DNA of 29,954 nucleotides from Candidatus Fervidifonticultor quintus (GCA_031459535.1 JAVKIJ010000035.1:1-29954); one strand, 5' to 3'; numbered from the stretch's first letter, positions 9,454-17,049 are shown. Program-made: numbers and translations. The notes: generated by a model from the letters alone, not told the origin.

Positions 9454-9893
9454 GGGGGCCGCACATCGCCCGATTCGACCCGGCGCGGTTTCGGTGGCGG
9501 GGCGTACCCGCCAAACCGTACAAGGGCGAGGCGGCGGGGCCGCTGCGGTGGAAAGGGGTGGAGCGCTTCGTGCTCGTGGGCGCATCGGGTGAACCCACCG
9601 CGTTCCACCTGCGCTACTTCGAGATCGCACCGGGCGGATTCTCGTCGTTCGAGAGGCATCGGCATGCGCACGCGGTGCTCGTGGTGCGGGGCCACGGTCG
9701 GGTGCGGTTGGGTGAGATCGAGCGGCGTGTGGGTCCGATGGACTTCGTCTACATTCCACCCCGCATGCCCCACCAGTTCAGGGCTGGCCGGGAGCCGTTT
9801 GGATTCCTCTGCCCCGTGGATGCGGTCCGCGACCGGCCGCGGCCCGCGCGGAGTGATCAGCTTGCGCGGCGTCCCAGAGGCAGGTACAATTGA
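9450..9893 (+). CDS. Cupin (TM1459 / MTXu-5P methylsulfurylase-like)
   Basis: GTGA overlap with the upstream gene. FRWxGV...YK, LRYFEIAPGGFSSFERHRHAHAV, PHQF, FGFLCPVDAVRDRP. Confidence 0.85.
   Translation: MRGPHIARFDPARFRWRGVPAKPYKGEAAGPLRWKGVERFVLVGASGEPTAFHLRYFEIAPGGFSSFERHRHAHAVLVVRGHGRVRLGEIERRVGPMDFVYIPPRMPHQFRAGREPFGFLCPVDAVRDRPRPARSDQLARRPRGRYN
9862..9890 (+). promoter_or_regulatory. Sigma70-type promoter for iscA-nfu
   Basis: TTGCGC (9862-9867), 17 bp spacer, TACAAT (9885-9890), 35 nt upstream of ATG 9926. Confidence 0.65.
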
Positions 9894-9925
9894 ACACGCA
9901 ATTGGTCAAGAATCTGGGGGGCGAC

Positions 9926-10297
9926 ATGATTACCATCACCGCTTCGGCCGCGGCCAAGCTGTCGGAGCTCATCAGGCAGCAGGATGACCCGGGAAGCCGG
10001 CTGCGGCTCTTCATCACCAAGGGTGGGTGCCACGGCTATACCTACGGCATGGCGTTCGACCCCCACCCGCGGGAAGGTGACCAGGTGGTCAGCCAGCACG
10101 GGATCGAGCTGGTCGTCGACCCGTTCAGCAGCCGACTGCTAGAGGGCGCGCAGATTGACTACGTGCAGTCGGCCTTTGGCGAGGGCTTCACGGTCCGCAA
10201 CCCGAACGCGATCGAGACCTGCGGGTGCGGGCATTCGTTCCAGAGCAGGGACCGCTCCGGCGAGCCGGACCCCTGCGATGAGGCGACGCGGCACTAG
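9926..10297 (+). CDS. iscA: A-type Fe-S carrier (IscA/SufA/ErpA, HesB family)
   Basis: ITITASAA, GGCHGYTY, IDYV...GF...NPNA..TCGCGHSF. G-rich RBS before ATG 9926. Confidence 0.93.
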   Translation: MITITASAAAKLSELIRQQDDPGSRLRLFITKGGCHGYTYGMAFDPHPREGDQVVSQHGIELVVDPFSSRLLEGAQIDYVQSAFGEGFTVRNPNAIETCGCGHSFQSRDRSGEPDPCDEATRH

Positions 10298-10314
10298 GGA
10301 CGGAGGAGAGACGA

Positions 10315-10581
10315 ATGACCGACCAGACAGGAGTGGTGCAGGAACCCGGCGCCGATCTGCGCCGGCGGGTCGAGAAAGTGCTCGATACCATCCGGCCCTA
10401 TGTGCAGGGCGACGGTGGGGACATCGAGCTCGTCGATGTCGCCGATGGGATCGTCCAACTGCGCCTAGCCGGCGCCTGCGTGGGATGCATGCACGCCATG
10501 ATGACGCTGCAGGCCGGGATCGAGCGGATGTTGAAGCAAGAAATCCCGGAGATCCGCGTGGTGGAGGCGGTCCCCTTCTAG
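10315..10581 (+). CDS. Nfu/NifU C-terminal domain Fe-S carrier
   Basis: IRPYVQGDGGDIELV...GACVGC..TL..GIE. GGAGGAG RBS. Confidence 0.93.
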   Translation: MTDQTGVVQEPGADLRRRVEKVLDTIRPYVQGDGGDIELVDVADGIVQLRLAGACVGCMHAMMTLQAGIERMLKQEIPEIRVVEAVPF

Positions 10582-10605
10582 CCGGTTTATCTCGACCGCA
10601 CGTCC

Positions 10606-10642
10606 GGGCCCCCCATGGCGCGCATGCGGGGCCCTTTCTGTT
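10606..10642 (+). terminator. Rho-independent terminator after nfu
   Basis: Stem GGGCCCC-C-CATG / CATG-C-GGGGCCC (one mismatch) with a 5-nt loop, followed by TTTCTGTT. Confidence 0.65.
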
Positions 10643-10683
10643 GGCCGCCAGGTGCGGCGGATCTTTTGAGAGGGCCGGCAGCG

Positions 10684-12141
10684 ATGACCGAGTGGACGCA
10701 CCTCCTCAAGAAGATCGATGACTACCGCTGGGAGATTCCGACGTCGTACAAGCCCGGAATGCGCGTGCCCGGTCTCATCTTTGCCGACGAGCGCATGCTG
10801 CGCACCATGGGTGAGGAGCAGGCGTTCGATCAGGTAGCCAACGTGGCGACCCTGCCCGGCATCGTGGGTCGGTCGCTGGCGATGCCGGACATTCACTGGG
10901 GCTACGGGTTCCCCGTCGGCGGCGTGGCGGCCTTCGACGTCGAGGACGGGATCATTTCGCCGGGCGGCATCGGCTTCGATGTGAACTGCGGTGTGCGCCT
11001 GTTGCGCACGGACCTGGCCGAGGCGGATGTGCTGCCCAGGCTCGAGGACCTGGTCGAGGTCCTCTTCCGCGCCGTGCCTTCGGGGGTCGGCATCGGGGGT
11101 CGTATCAAGGTCGGGATGGGCGAGATGGACAGGGTGCTGGCGGCGGGGGCGCGCTGGGCGGTCTCAGAGGGATACGGCACCGCGGCCGACCTGGAGGTGA
11201 TTGAAGCCGGGGGAGCCCTGGAGGGCGCCGATCCCGCAGCCGTGAGCCACGAAGCCAAGCAGCGCGGCCGCGGGCAGATCGGTACCCTGGGTTCGGGCAA
11301 TCACTTCCTCGAGGTCCAGCTCGTAGACCACATCTACGACCCGGCCGTCGCCCGGGCGATGGGCATCGAGGAGCGAGGGCAGGTTGTGGTCTTCATCCAC
11401 ACCGGGTCACGGGGTCTGGGCCACCAGGTGTGCACAGACTATTTGCGGATCAGCGAGCGGGTCGGTCGGCAGCACGGGATCCACCTGGTGGACCGCCAGC
11501 TGGCGTGCATGCCCCTGCGGTCGCCAGAGGGGCAGCGGTACTTCGGCGCCATGGCCGCGGCGGCGAACTTCGCCTGGGCCAACCGGCAGTTGATCACGCA
11601 CTGGGTACGGGAAGGGTTCCAGCGCGTGTTCGGGAGGTCGTGGGAACACCTGGGGATCCGGCTCGTCTACGACGTGGCGCACAACATCGGCAAGATCGAG
11701 GAGTACGAGGTGGACGGCCAGCGACGGCGGCTGTGCGTGCACCGCAAGGGCGCCACGCGTGCGTTCCCGGCGGGGCATCCGGAGGTGCCAGCCTGCTACC
11801 GCCACGTCGGCCAGCCCGTGTTCGTCCCGGGCGACATGGGACGGTACTCGTTCGTCGCGGTGGGCGCCGAAGGCGCCATGCGCGAGGCGTTCGGCTCGAC
11901 TTGCCACGGCGCCGGACGGGTGTTGGGACGCAAGGCGGCCGTTCGCGCGCTGGCCGGCCGCGATATTGCCGAGGAGCTGCGGCGTGCCGGTATCCTGGTG
12001 AGGGCGCACGACCGCAGCCTGCTCGCCGAGGAGGCTTCGACCGCGTACAAGGACGTTGCCGATGTGGTCGGCGTCTGCCATGCCGCCGGCCTGAGCCGGC
12101 GTGTGGCGCGGATGCGGCCTATCGGCGTCGTCAAGGGATAG
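10684..12141 (+). CDS. rtcB: RNA 2',3'-cyclic phosphate/5'-OH ligase RtcB, long archaeal-like form
   Basis: MPDIHWGYGFPVGGV, GFDVNCG, GTLGSGNHFLE, HTGSRG, YDVAHN, HRKGAT, PGDMG, STCHGAGR, AYKD. Confidence 0.96.
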   Translation: MTEWTHLLKKIDDYRWEIPTSYKPGMRVPGLIFADERMLRTMGEEQAFDQVANVATLPGIVGRSLAMPDIHWGYGFPVGGVAAFDVEDGIISPGGIGFDVNCGVRLLRTDLAEADVLPRLEDLVEVLFRAVPSGVGIGGRIKVGMGEMDRVLAAGARWAVSEGYGTAADLEVIEAGGALEGADPAAVSHEAKQRGRGQIGTLGSGNHFLEVQLVDHIYDPAVARAMGIEERGQVVVFIHTGSRGLGHQVCTDYLRISERVGRQHGIHLVDRQLACMPLRSPEGQRYFGAMAAAANFAWANRQLITHWVREGFQRVFGRSWEHLGIRLVYDVAHNIGKIEEYEVDGQRRRLCVHRKGATRAFPAGHPEVPACYRHVGQPVFVPGDMGRYSFVAVGAEGAMREAFGSTCHGAGRVLGRKAAVRALAGRDIAEELRRAGILVRAHDRSLLAEEASTAYKDVADVVGVCHAAGLSRRVARMRPIGVVKG

Positions 12142-12162
12142 AGGAGCGCGCAGGAGGAGCCG

Positions 12163-13323
12163 GTGCAGACCCTGACCAGCGACGAACAGCGACTGCTGTA
12201 CGAGACCATGGGGGAGTTCGCAAGAACCGAGCTGCGGCCGCACGCGGCTCAGTGGGACCGCGAGGGGCGGTTTCCCACCGAACTGATCCCCCGCCTGGCG
12301 GACCTGGGTCTGCTGGGCATGACGGTCCCCGTCGAGTACGGCGGCGCGGGGCTCTCGACGCTGGCGATGGCCACCGCCATCGCCGCGCTCGCCTGGGGCG
12401 ATGGGGGCATCGCGCTGGCGGTGGCAGCGCACAACTCCCTCTGCGCCGGCCACATCGTCGCCTTCGGTGATGCGGAGCAGCGGCGTCGGTTCCTGCCGCG
12501 GCTGGCCGCCGGCGAGGCCATGGGCTGCTGGTGCCTGACCGAGCCCGGCGCGGGCAGCGATGCGGCGTCGATCGCGACCCGGGCCGAACGCCGGGGCGAG
12601 GGGTGGCGTCTCAACGGCACCAAGGCCTTCGTGACCAACGCGACAGTGGGCGGGATCTACGTGGTGATGGCGCAGACGTCTCCCGGCGCCGGCCGCACCG
12701 GCATCACCGCGTTCATCGTCGAACGAGGCACACCCGGCATGGAGATCGGCCCCAAGGAGGACAAGCTCGGCGTGCGCAGCAGCGACACCGCCGAGGTGCG
12801 CTTCGTCGACTGCGAGGTGTCCGATCGGCAGCGGCTTGGCGCGGTGGGCGAGGGGTACCGGCAGGCGATGCGGGTGCTGGAGCGCGGCCGCATTGGCATC
12901 GCTGCCATGTCGGTGGGTCTGGGGCGTGCGGCACTGGACGCCAGCATGGACTATGCGCAGCAGCGGGTGGCCTACGGTAAACCCATCGCCGAGCTCCAGG
13001 CGATTCAGTTCATGCTGGCCGACATGGCCACCGAACTGGACGCCGCCTGGCTCCTGGTGGAGCACGCCGCCCAACTGGCCGATGAAGGCGCCCCGTTCCG
13101 TCAGGAGGCTTCCATGGCCAAACTGTACGCATCGGAAGCCGCGACCCGGGCGGCGGCCCGGGCCGTGCAGATCCACGGCGGCTACGGCTTCATGAAGGCC
13201 TACCCCGTGGAACGGTTCTATCGCGATGTGAAGCTGTGTGAGATCGGCGAGGGCACCAGCGAGGTGCAGCGTGCGATCATCTCGCGGAGCATCCTGGAAG
13301 CCGCCGGGAGTGGTGGGGCGTGA
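12163..13323 (+). CDS. Acyl-CoA dehydrogenase (short/branched-chain type)
   Basis: CLTEPGAGSD, GTKAFVTN, KLGVRSSDT, GRIGIAA, IHGGYGF, EIGEGTSEVQR. AGGAGG RBS. Confidence 0.93.
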   Translation: MQTLTSDEQRLLYETMGEFARTELRPHAAQWDREGRFPTELIPRLADLGLLGMTVPVEYGGAGLSTLAMATAIAALAWGDGGIALAVAAHNSLCAGHIVAFGDAEQRRRFLPRLAAGEAMGCWCLTEPGAGSDAASIATRAERRGEGWRLNGTKAFVTNATVGGIYVVMAQTSPGAGRTGITAFIVERGTPGMEIGPKEDKLGVRSSDTAEVRFVDCEVSDRQRLGAVGEGYRQAMRVLERGRIGIAAMSVGLGRAALDASMDYAQQRVAYGKPIAELQAIQFMLADMATELDAAWLLVEHAAQLADEGAPFRQEASMAKLYASEAATRAAARAVQIHGGYGFMKAYPVERFYRDVKLCEIGEGTSEVQRAIISRSILEAAGSGGA

Positions 13324-15167
13324 GCGGTCCCAGCCACCCCTTCCTGGCCCGCATCGCCGAGCGACCGCTGGTGGCCGACGGCGCCATGGGCACCATGCTG
13401 TACGCCCGCGGCGTGTCATTCGACCACTGTTTTGAGGCTCAGAACCTGAACCGCCCCGACCTCGTCCGTGGCATCCACGCGGCCTATCTGAATGCGGGCG
13501 CCGAGCTGCTCGAGACCAACACCTTCGGCGCCAACCGCTTCAAGCTGGCCGCGTGGGGACTGGACGACCAGGTGGAAGCCATCAACGGCGCGGGCGTCCG
13601 TCTGGCCCGCGAGGCGATCGCAGTGATGGACCGCCCGGCCTGGGTTGCCGGATCCATTGGGCCGCTGGGCCGTCAGATGGCACCCATCGGCGCGCTGACC
13701 GAGGGCGAAGCCGCCGCGGCCTTTACCCAACAGGCGCAGGCCCTGGCTGGCGCCGACCTGCTCATTCTCGAGACGTTCGCCGACCTGAACGAGATGGTGA
13801 CCGCGGTGCGTGCGGTCCGGGCCGCGGTGGCGCTGCCGATCATCGCGCAGATGACCTTCGCCCAGGACGGCCGCACCCTGCTGGGTTACACGCCCGAGGA
13901 GATCGTGGCCCGCCTGGAGCCCCTGGGTGTGGCGGTCATCGGTGCCAACTGCAGCGTGGGGCCCCACGGCGTGGCCGAGGTCCTGGAACGTATGGCCGCC
14001 GTGACCCGGACTCCCCTGTCGGCGATGCCGAATGCCGGCCTGCCGGCCTACATCGGCGGCCGGTTTGCGTACATGTCGTCGCCGGCCTACATGGCCGAGC
14101 GCGCGGTCGCGCTGGTCGAGGCCGGGGTCTCCATCGTCGGCGGGTGCTGCGGCACCACGCCCGAACACATCGCGGCGATCCACCAGGCCGTCGCCGGTCG
14201 TCGGCCGGGCCGATCGCGTCCGAGGGCGACACTGGCGGCGCCGCCGCCACCGCCGCCAGCGCCTGTCAGTGAGCCTCCCAGCACGCTGGCGCAGAAGTTG
14301 GGGCGCCGGTTCGTTCTCACCGTGGAGGTCGCCCCGCCCCGGGGCGCCAACGACGCCGAGGAGCTCGAGAATTGCCGGCGGCTCCGTGCGGCGGGCGTGG
14401 ACGCGGTCGATGTATCCGACAACCCGCTGGCGCGCCTGCGGATGAGCCCGTGGGCCACCGCCGCGCGCATTCAGCGCGAGGTCGGCCTGGAGACGATCCT
14501 GCATTTCACCACCCGAGACCGCAACCTGATCCGGCTGCAGTCCGACCTGCTGGCGGTGCACGCCCTGGGGATCCGCAATGTTCTGGCGCTTCGGGGCGAT
14601 CACCCGCAGACCGGGGACTACCCACAGGCCACCGCCGTCTCCGACGTCCAGCCCTCGGGTCTGGTCCGGATGATCAAGCAGTTCAACCAGGGTCGTGATC
14701 TGGCCGGGAACGCCATCGGCGAGCCGACGCGCTTTCTCGTCGGCATCGCGCTCAACCTGGCGGCACAAGATGCGGCGCGGGAGCTGCGCGCGTTGGACCG
14801 GAAGCTGGCCGCAGGCGGGGATTTCATCTGCACCATGCCCATCTTCGATCCCGAAACCCTGCAGGCATTCCTGGCGCGCTACGGCAAGCCTCCGGTACCG
14901 TTGCTCGTGGGGATCCTGCCGTTGTATGGCGCCAGGCACGCCGAGTTCCTCCACAACGAGCTGCCCGGCATGGTGGTGCCCGATGGCATCCGGGCACAGA
15001 TGCGCGAGGCGTCCGACGGGCGCGAACTGGGGCTCCGCCTGGCCCGCGATCTGATCCAGGCAATCCGGGATCAGGCCGACGGCGCGTATCTCATTCCGTC
15101 GTTTGGCCGCTACGACCGCATCATCACCCTGGTGCGCGAGGTGCGCGCCGGGCTGCCGGCACGGTAG
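13320..15167 (+). CDS. yitJ: Bifunctional homocysteine S-methyltransferase / methylenetetrahydrofolate reductase (YitJ-like)
   Basis: N-domain DGAMGT, TNTFGAN, GANCSVG, GGCCGTTPEHI. Pro-rich linker. MTHFR domain EVAPPRG, HFTTRDRN, LRGD. Confidence 0.9.
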   Translation: MSGPSHPFLARIAERPLVADGAMGTMLYARGVSFDHCFEAQNLNRPDLVRGIHAAYLNAGAELLETNTFGANRFKLAAWGLDDQVEAINGAGVRLAREAIAVMDRPAWVAGSIGPLGRQMAPIGALTEGEAAAAFTQQAQALAGADLLILETFADLNEMVTAVRAVRAAVALPIIAQMTFAQDGRTLLGYTPEEIVARLEPLGVAVIGANCSVGPHGVAEVLERMAAVTRTPLSAMPNAGLPAYIGGRFAYMSSPAYMAERAVALVEAGVSIVGGCCGTTPEHIAAIHQAVAGRRPGRSRPRATLAAPPPPPPAPVSEPPSTLAQKLGRRFVLTVEVAPPRGANDAEELENCRRLRAAGVDAVDVSDNPLARLRMSPWATAARIQREVGLETILHFTTRDRNLIRLQSDLLAVHALGIRNVLALRGDHPQTGDYPQATAVSDVQPSGLVRMIKQFNQGRDLAGNAIGEPTRFLVGIALNLAAQDAARELRALDRKLAAGGDFICTMPIFDPETLQAFLARYGKPPVPLLVGILPLYGARHAEFLHNELPGMVVPDGIRAQMREASDGRELGLRLARDLIQAIRDQADGAYLIPSFGRYDRIITLVREVRAGLPAR

Positions 15168-15872
15168 GTGCCCATGGAGCGCGAACTCCGTGTCGAGGGC
15201 CACCGCCTGATCCGCGCGCCGCTGCACCGCGTCTGGCAGTTGCTCAGCCGCCTGGAGTCGCATCCCCGCTATACCGGCCTGTGGCTCAGTGCCGACCTGC
15301 TGGAGAGGTCGCAGAACTCGGCCGTGGTGGAGTTCCGGGGTTTCTTCGGCGGCCTGCCGGTTGTCTCGGTGCAGCGGATCACCCTGCGCCCCCCGGGGCG
15401 AATCGAATTCAAGCAGATCCGCGGCACGTTGCGGGCCCTCGCCGGCCAGTACGTGCTCCGGGAGGTTGACGGCGACACCGACATGCACGCGCAGCTCGCC
15501 GTGGACGCCGGCATCGTGCTGTTCTCGGAGACTGCGGTGCAGCAGATTCTGGCCGGGCACATTGATGTGACCCTGAGCAGGGTCAAGGCGTCGGCCGAGC
15601 GCGATCTGGTCCGGGTCCAGACCAGACGGGCCGCCTCGGCCAGTCCCGAGGAGCAGGTGGCTGCGGCAGGCGGACCGAGCCGGCAGACCGATGCCGGCGA
15701 GGTGGAGGCTGAGGCCTCCGCAGGCGAGCCCGAAGGTGAGAAGCAGACCGCCCCAGCCGGGGCCTCAGCGCCGGCCGGGGGCGCACCGGCACCTCCGGCC
15801 CGCGGCCGGCGTCGCCGTCGCCGGCGGCACCGTCGCGGGAGCGGGCTGGGGCCGCCCGCCGCGCAAGGATGA
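15168..15872 (+). CDS. SRPBCC/START-like (Coq10/RatA/polyketide-cyclase-like) protein with a disordered acidic then Arg-rich tail
   Basis: IRAPLHRVWQLLSRLESHPRY SRPBCC-like start, beta-strand core, tail ending RGRRRRRRRHRR. Start is GTG 15168 or ATG 15174. Confidence 0.7.
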   Translation: MPMERELRVEGHRLIRAPLHRVWQLLSRLESHPRYTGLWLSADLLERSQNSAVVEFRGFFGGLPVVSVQRITLRPPGRIEFKQIRGTLRALAGQYVLREVDGDTDMHAQLAVDAGIVLFSETAVQQILAGHIDVTLSRVKASAERDLVRVQTRRAASASPEEQVAAAGGPSRQTDAGEVEAEASAGEPEGEKQTAPAGASAPAGGAPAPPARGRRRRRRRHRRGSGLGPPAAQG

Positions 15873-15873
15873 G

Positions 15874-15890
15874 TGCTACACTAAAGTGTA
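15874..15890 (+). promoter_or_regulatory. Extended -10 element within a perfect palindrome upstream of mrp
   Basis: TGcTACACT. TACACT-AA-AGTGTA inverted repeat at 15877-15890. GGAGGAGG RBS at 15896-15903. Confidence 0.55.
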
Positions 15891-15909
15891 CGGTCGGAGG
15901 AGGAATGAG

Positions 15910-17049
15910 ATGCCACGCCGTCAGAACGCACCGACCCGCGACCAGGTCCTCGCCGCGCTTCGCGACGTGGAGGATCCCGAGCTGCGCAAGAGCCTCGTCG
16001 ACCTGGAGATGGTACGCGAGGTCACCGTGCGTGACGGCCATGTGAGTGTCGATGCCCTGCTGACCATCAGCGGGTGCCCGCTGCGCGAGACCATCGAAGC
16101 ATCCATCGCCGAGCGGGTGAAGGCACTGCCTGGGGTGACCGGCGTCTCGGTGAATCTGGGTGTGATGAGCCAGGAGCAGCGGCAGGCCCTGATCCAGCGG
16201 CTGCGAGGTGGCGAGATGCATCCCGACAGGCAGCCGGCGTTCCTCACCGCCGACTCGCCCACGCGGGTGATCGTAGTGGCCAGCGGCAAGGGCGGGGTGG
16301 GCAAGTCCACGGTGACCGCCAACCTGGCGATGGCCATGGCGGTGGATGGCCGTCAGGTCGGCGTCATCGATGCGGACGTCTACGGGTTCTCAATCCCAAG
16401 GATGCTCGGGATCGCCGGTCAGCCGACCGCCGTGGACCAGATGCTCATCCCCCTGGAACGAGACGGCATCCGGGTCATGTCCATCGGGTTCCTGGTGCCC
16501 GACGAAGGAGAGGCGGTGGTCTGGCGGGGCCCGATGCTGCACAAGGCGCTCCTGACCTTTATCCAGGAGGTCCACTGGGGCGACGACCTCGAGTACCTGT
16601 TCATCGATCTGCCCCCAGGCACCGGCGATGTGTCCTTGACCATCGCCCAGACGCTGCCGCGGGCCAGCATGCTGATTGTGACGACCCCGCAGCCGGCGGC
16701 CGCAGCCGTGGCCCAGCGCGCGGCGAAGATGGCCGAAAAGGTGAACATGGACGTCGTGGGTGTGATCGAGAATATGTCAGGTTTCGCGGCGACGCCCGGT
16801 GGCCCCACGATTGACGTGTTCGGGCGAGGCGGAGGACGACGCCTGGCCGAACAACTGGGCGTGCCACTGTTGGGCGAGATTCCCATTGACGTGGCCATTC
16901 GCGAGGGCAGCGACTCTGGCCAGCCCGTGGTCGTCGCCCACCCGCAGTCGCCGGCGGCAGTGGTCCTCCGCGACATCGCCCGGCGGTTGGCCGAACTGCT
17001 ACCGGTCGTCGTCCATACCCGGGGCGGTGGCCCCTGGCGCCGTGACTAG
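15910..17049 (+). CDS. mrp: Mrp/ApbC/NBP35-family P-loop ATPase with N-terminal DUF59 domain, lacking CxxC
   Basis: DPEL...LTISGCPL, ASGKGGVGKST, DADVYG, VWRGPM, DLPPGTGD, VTTPQ, ENMS. Confidence 0.92.
   Translation: MPRRQNAPTRDQVLAALRDVEDPELRKSLVDLEMVREVTVRDGHVSVDALLTISGCPLRETIEASIAERVKALPGVTGVSVNLGVMSQEQRQALIQRLRGGEMHPDRQPAFLTADSPTRVIVVASGKGGVGKSTVTANLAMAMAVDGRQVGVIDADVYGFSIPRMLGIAGQPTAVDQMLIPLERDGIRVMSIGFLVPDEGEAVVWRGPMLHKALLTFIQEVHWGDDLEYLFIDLPPGTGDVSLTIAQTLPRASMLIVTTPQPAAAAVAQRAAKMAEKVNMDVVGVIENMSGFAATPGGPTIDVFGRGGGRRLAEQLGVPLLGEIPIDVAIREGSDSGQPVVVAHPQSPAAVVLRDIARRLAELLPVVVHTRGGGPWRRD

Noticed and set aside
10582-10683. Possible riboswitch or ncRNA before rtcB
   Set aside because: The hairpin plus U-rich tract is explained as a terminator, and I recognised no aptamer consensus.
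14235-14265. CCG-rich repeat-like stretch
   Set aside because: It encodes the poly-Pro interdomain linker of YitJ and is not a repeat element.
11407-15560. Long minus-strand ORFs (670 aa and 714 aa)
   Set aside because: They are antisense shadows of rtcB, ACAD and yitJ, typical of high-GC DNA, with no recognisable motifs.
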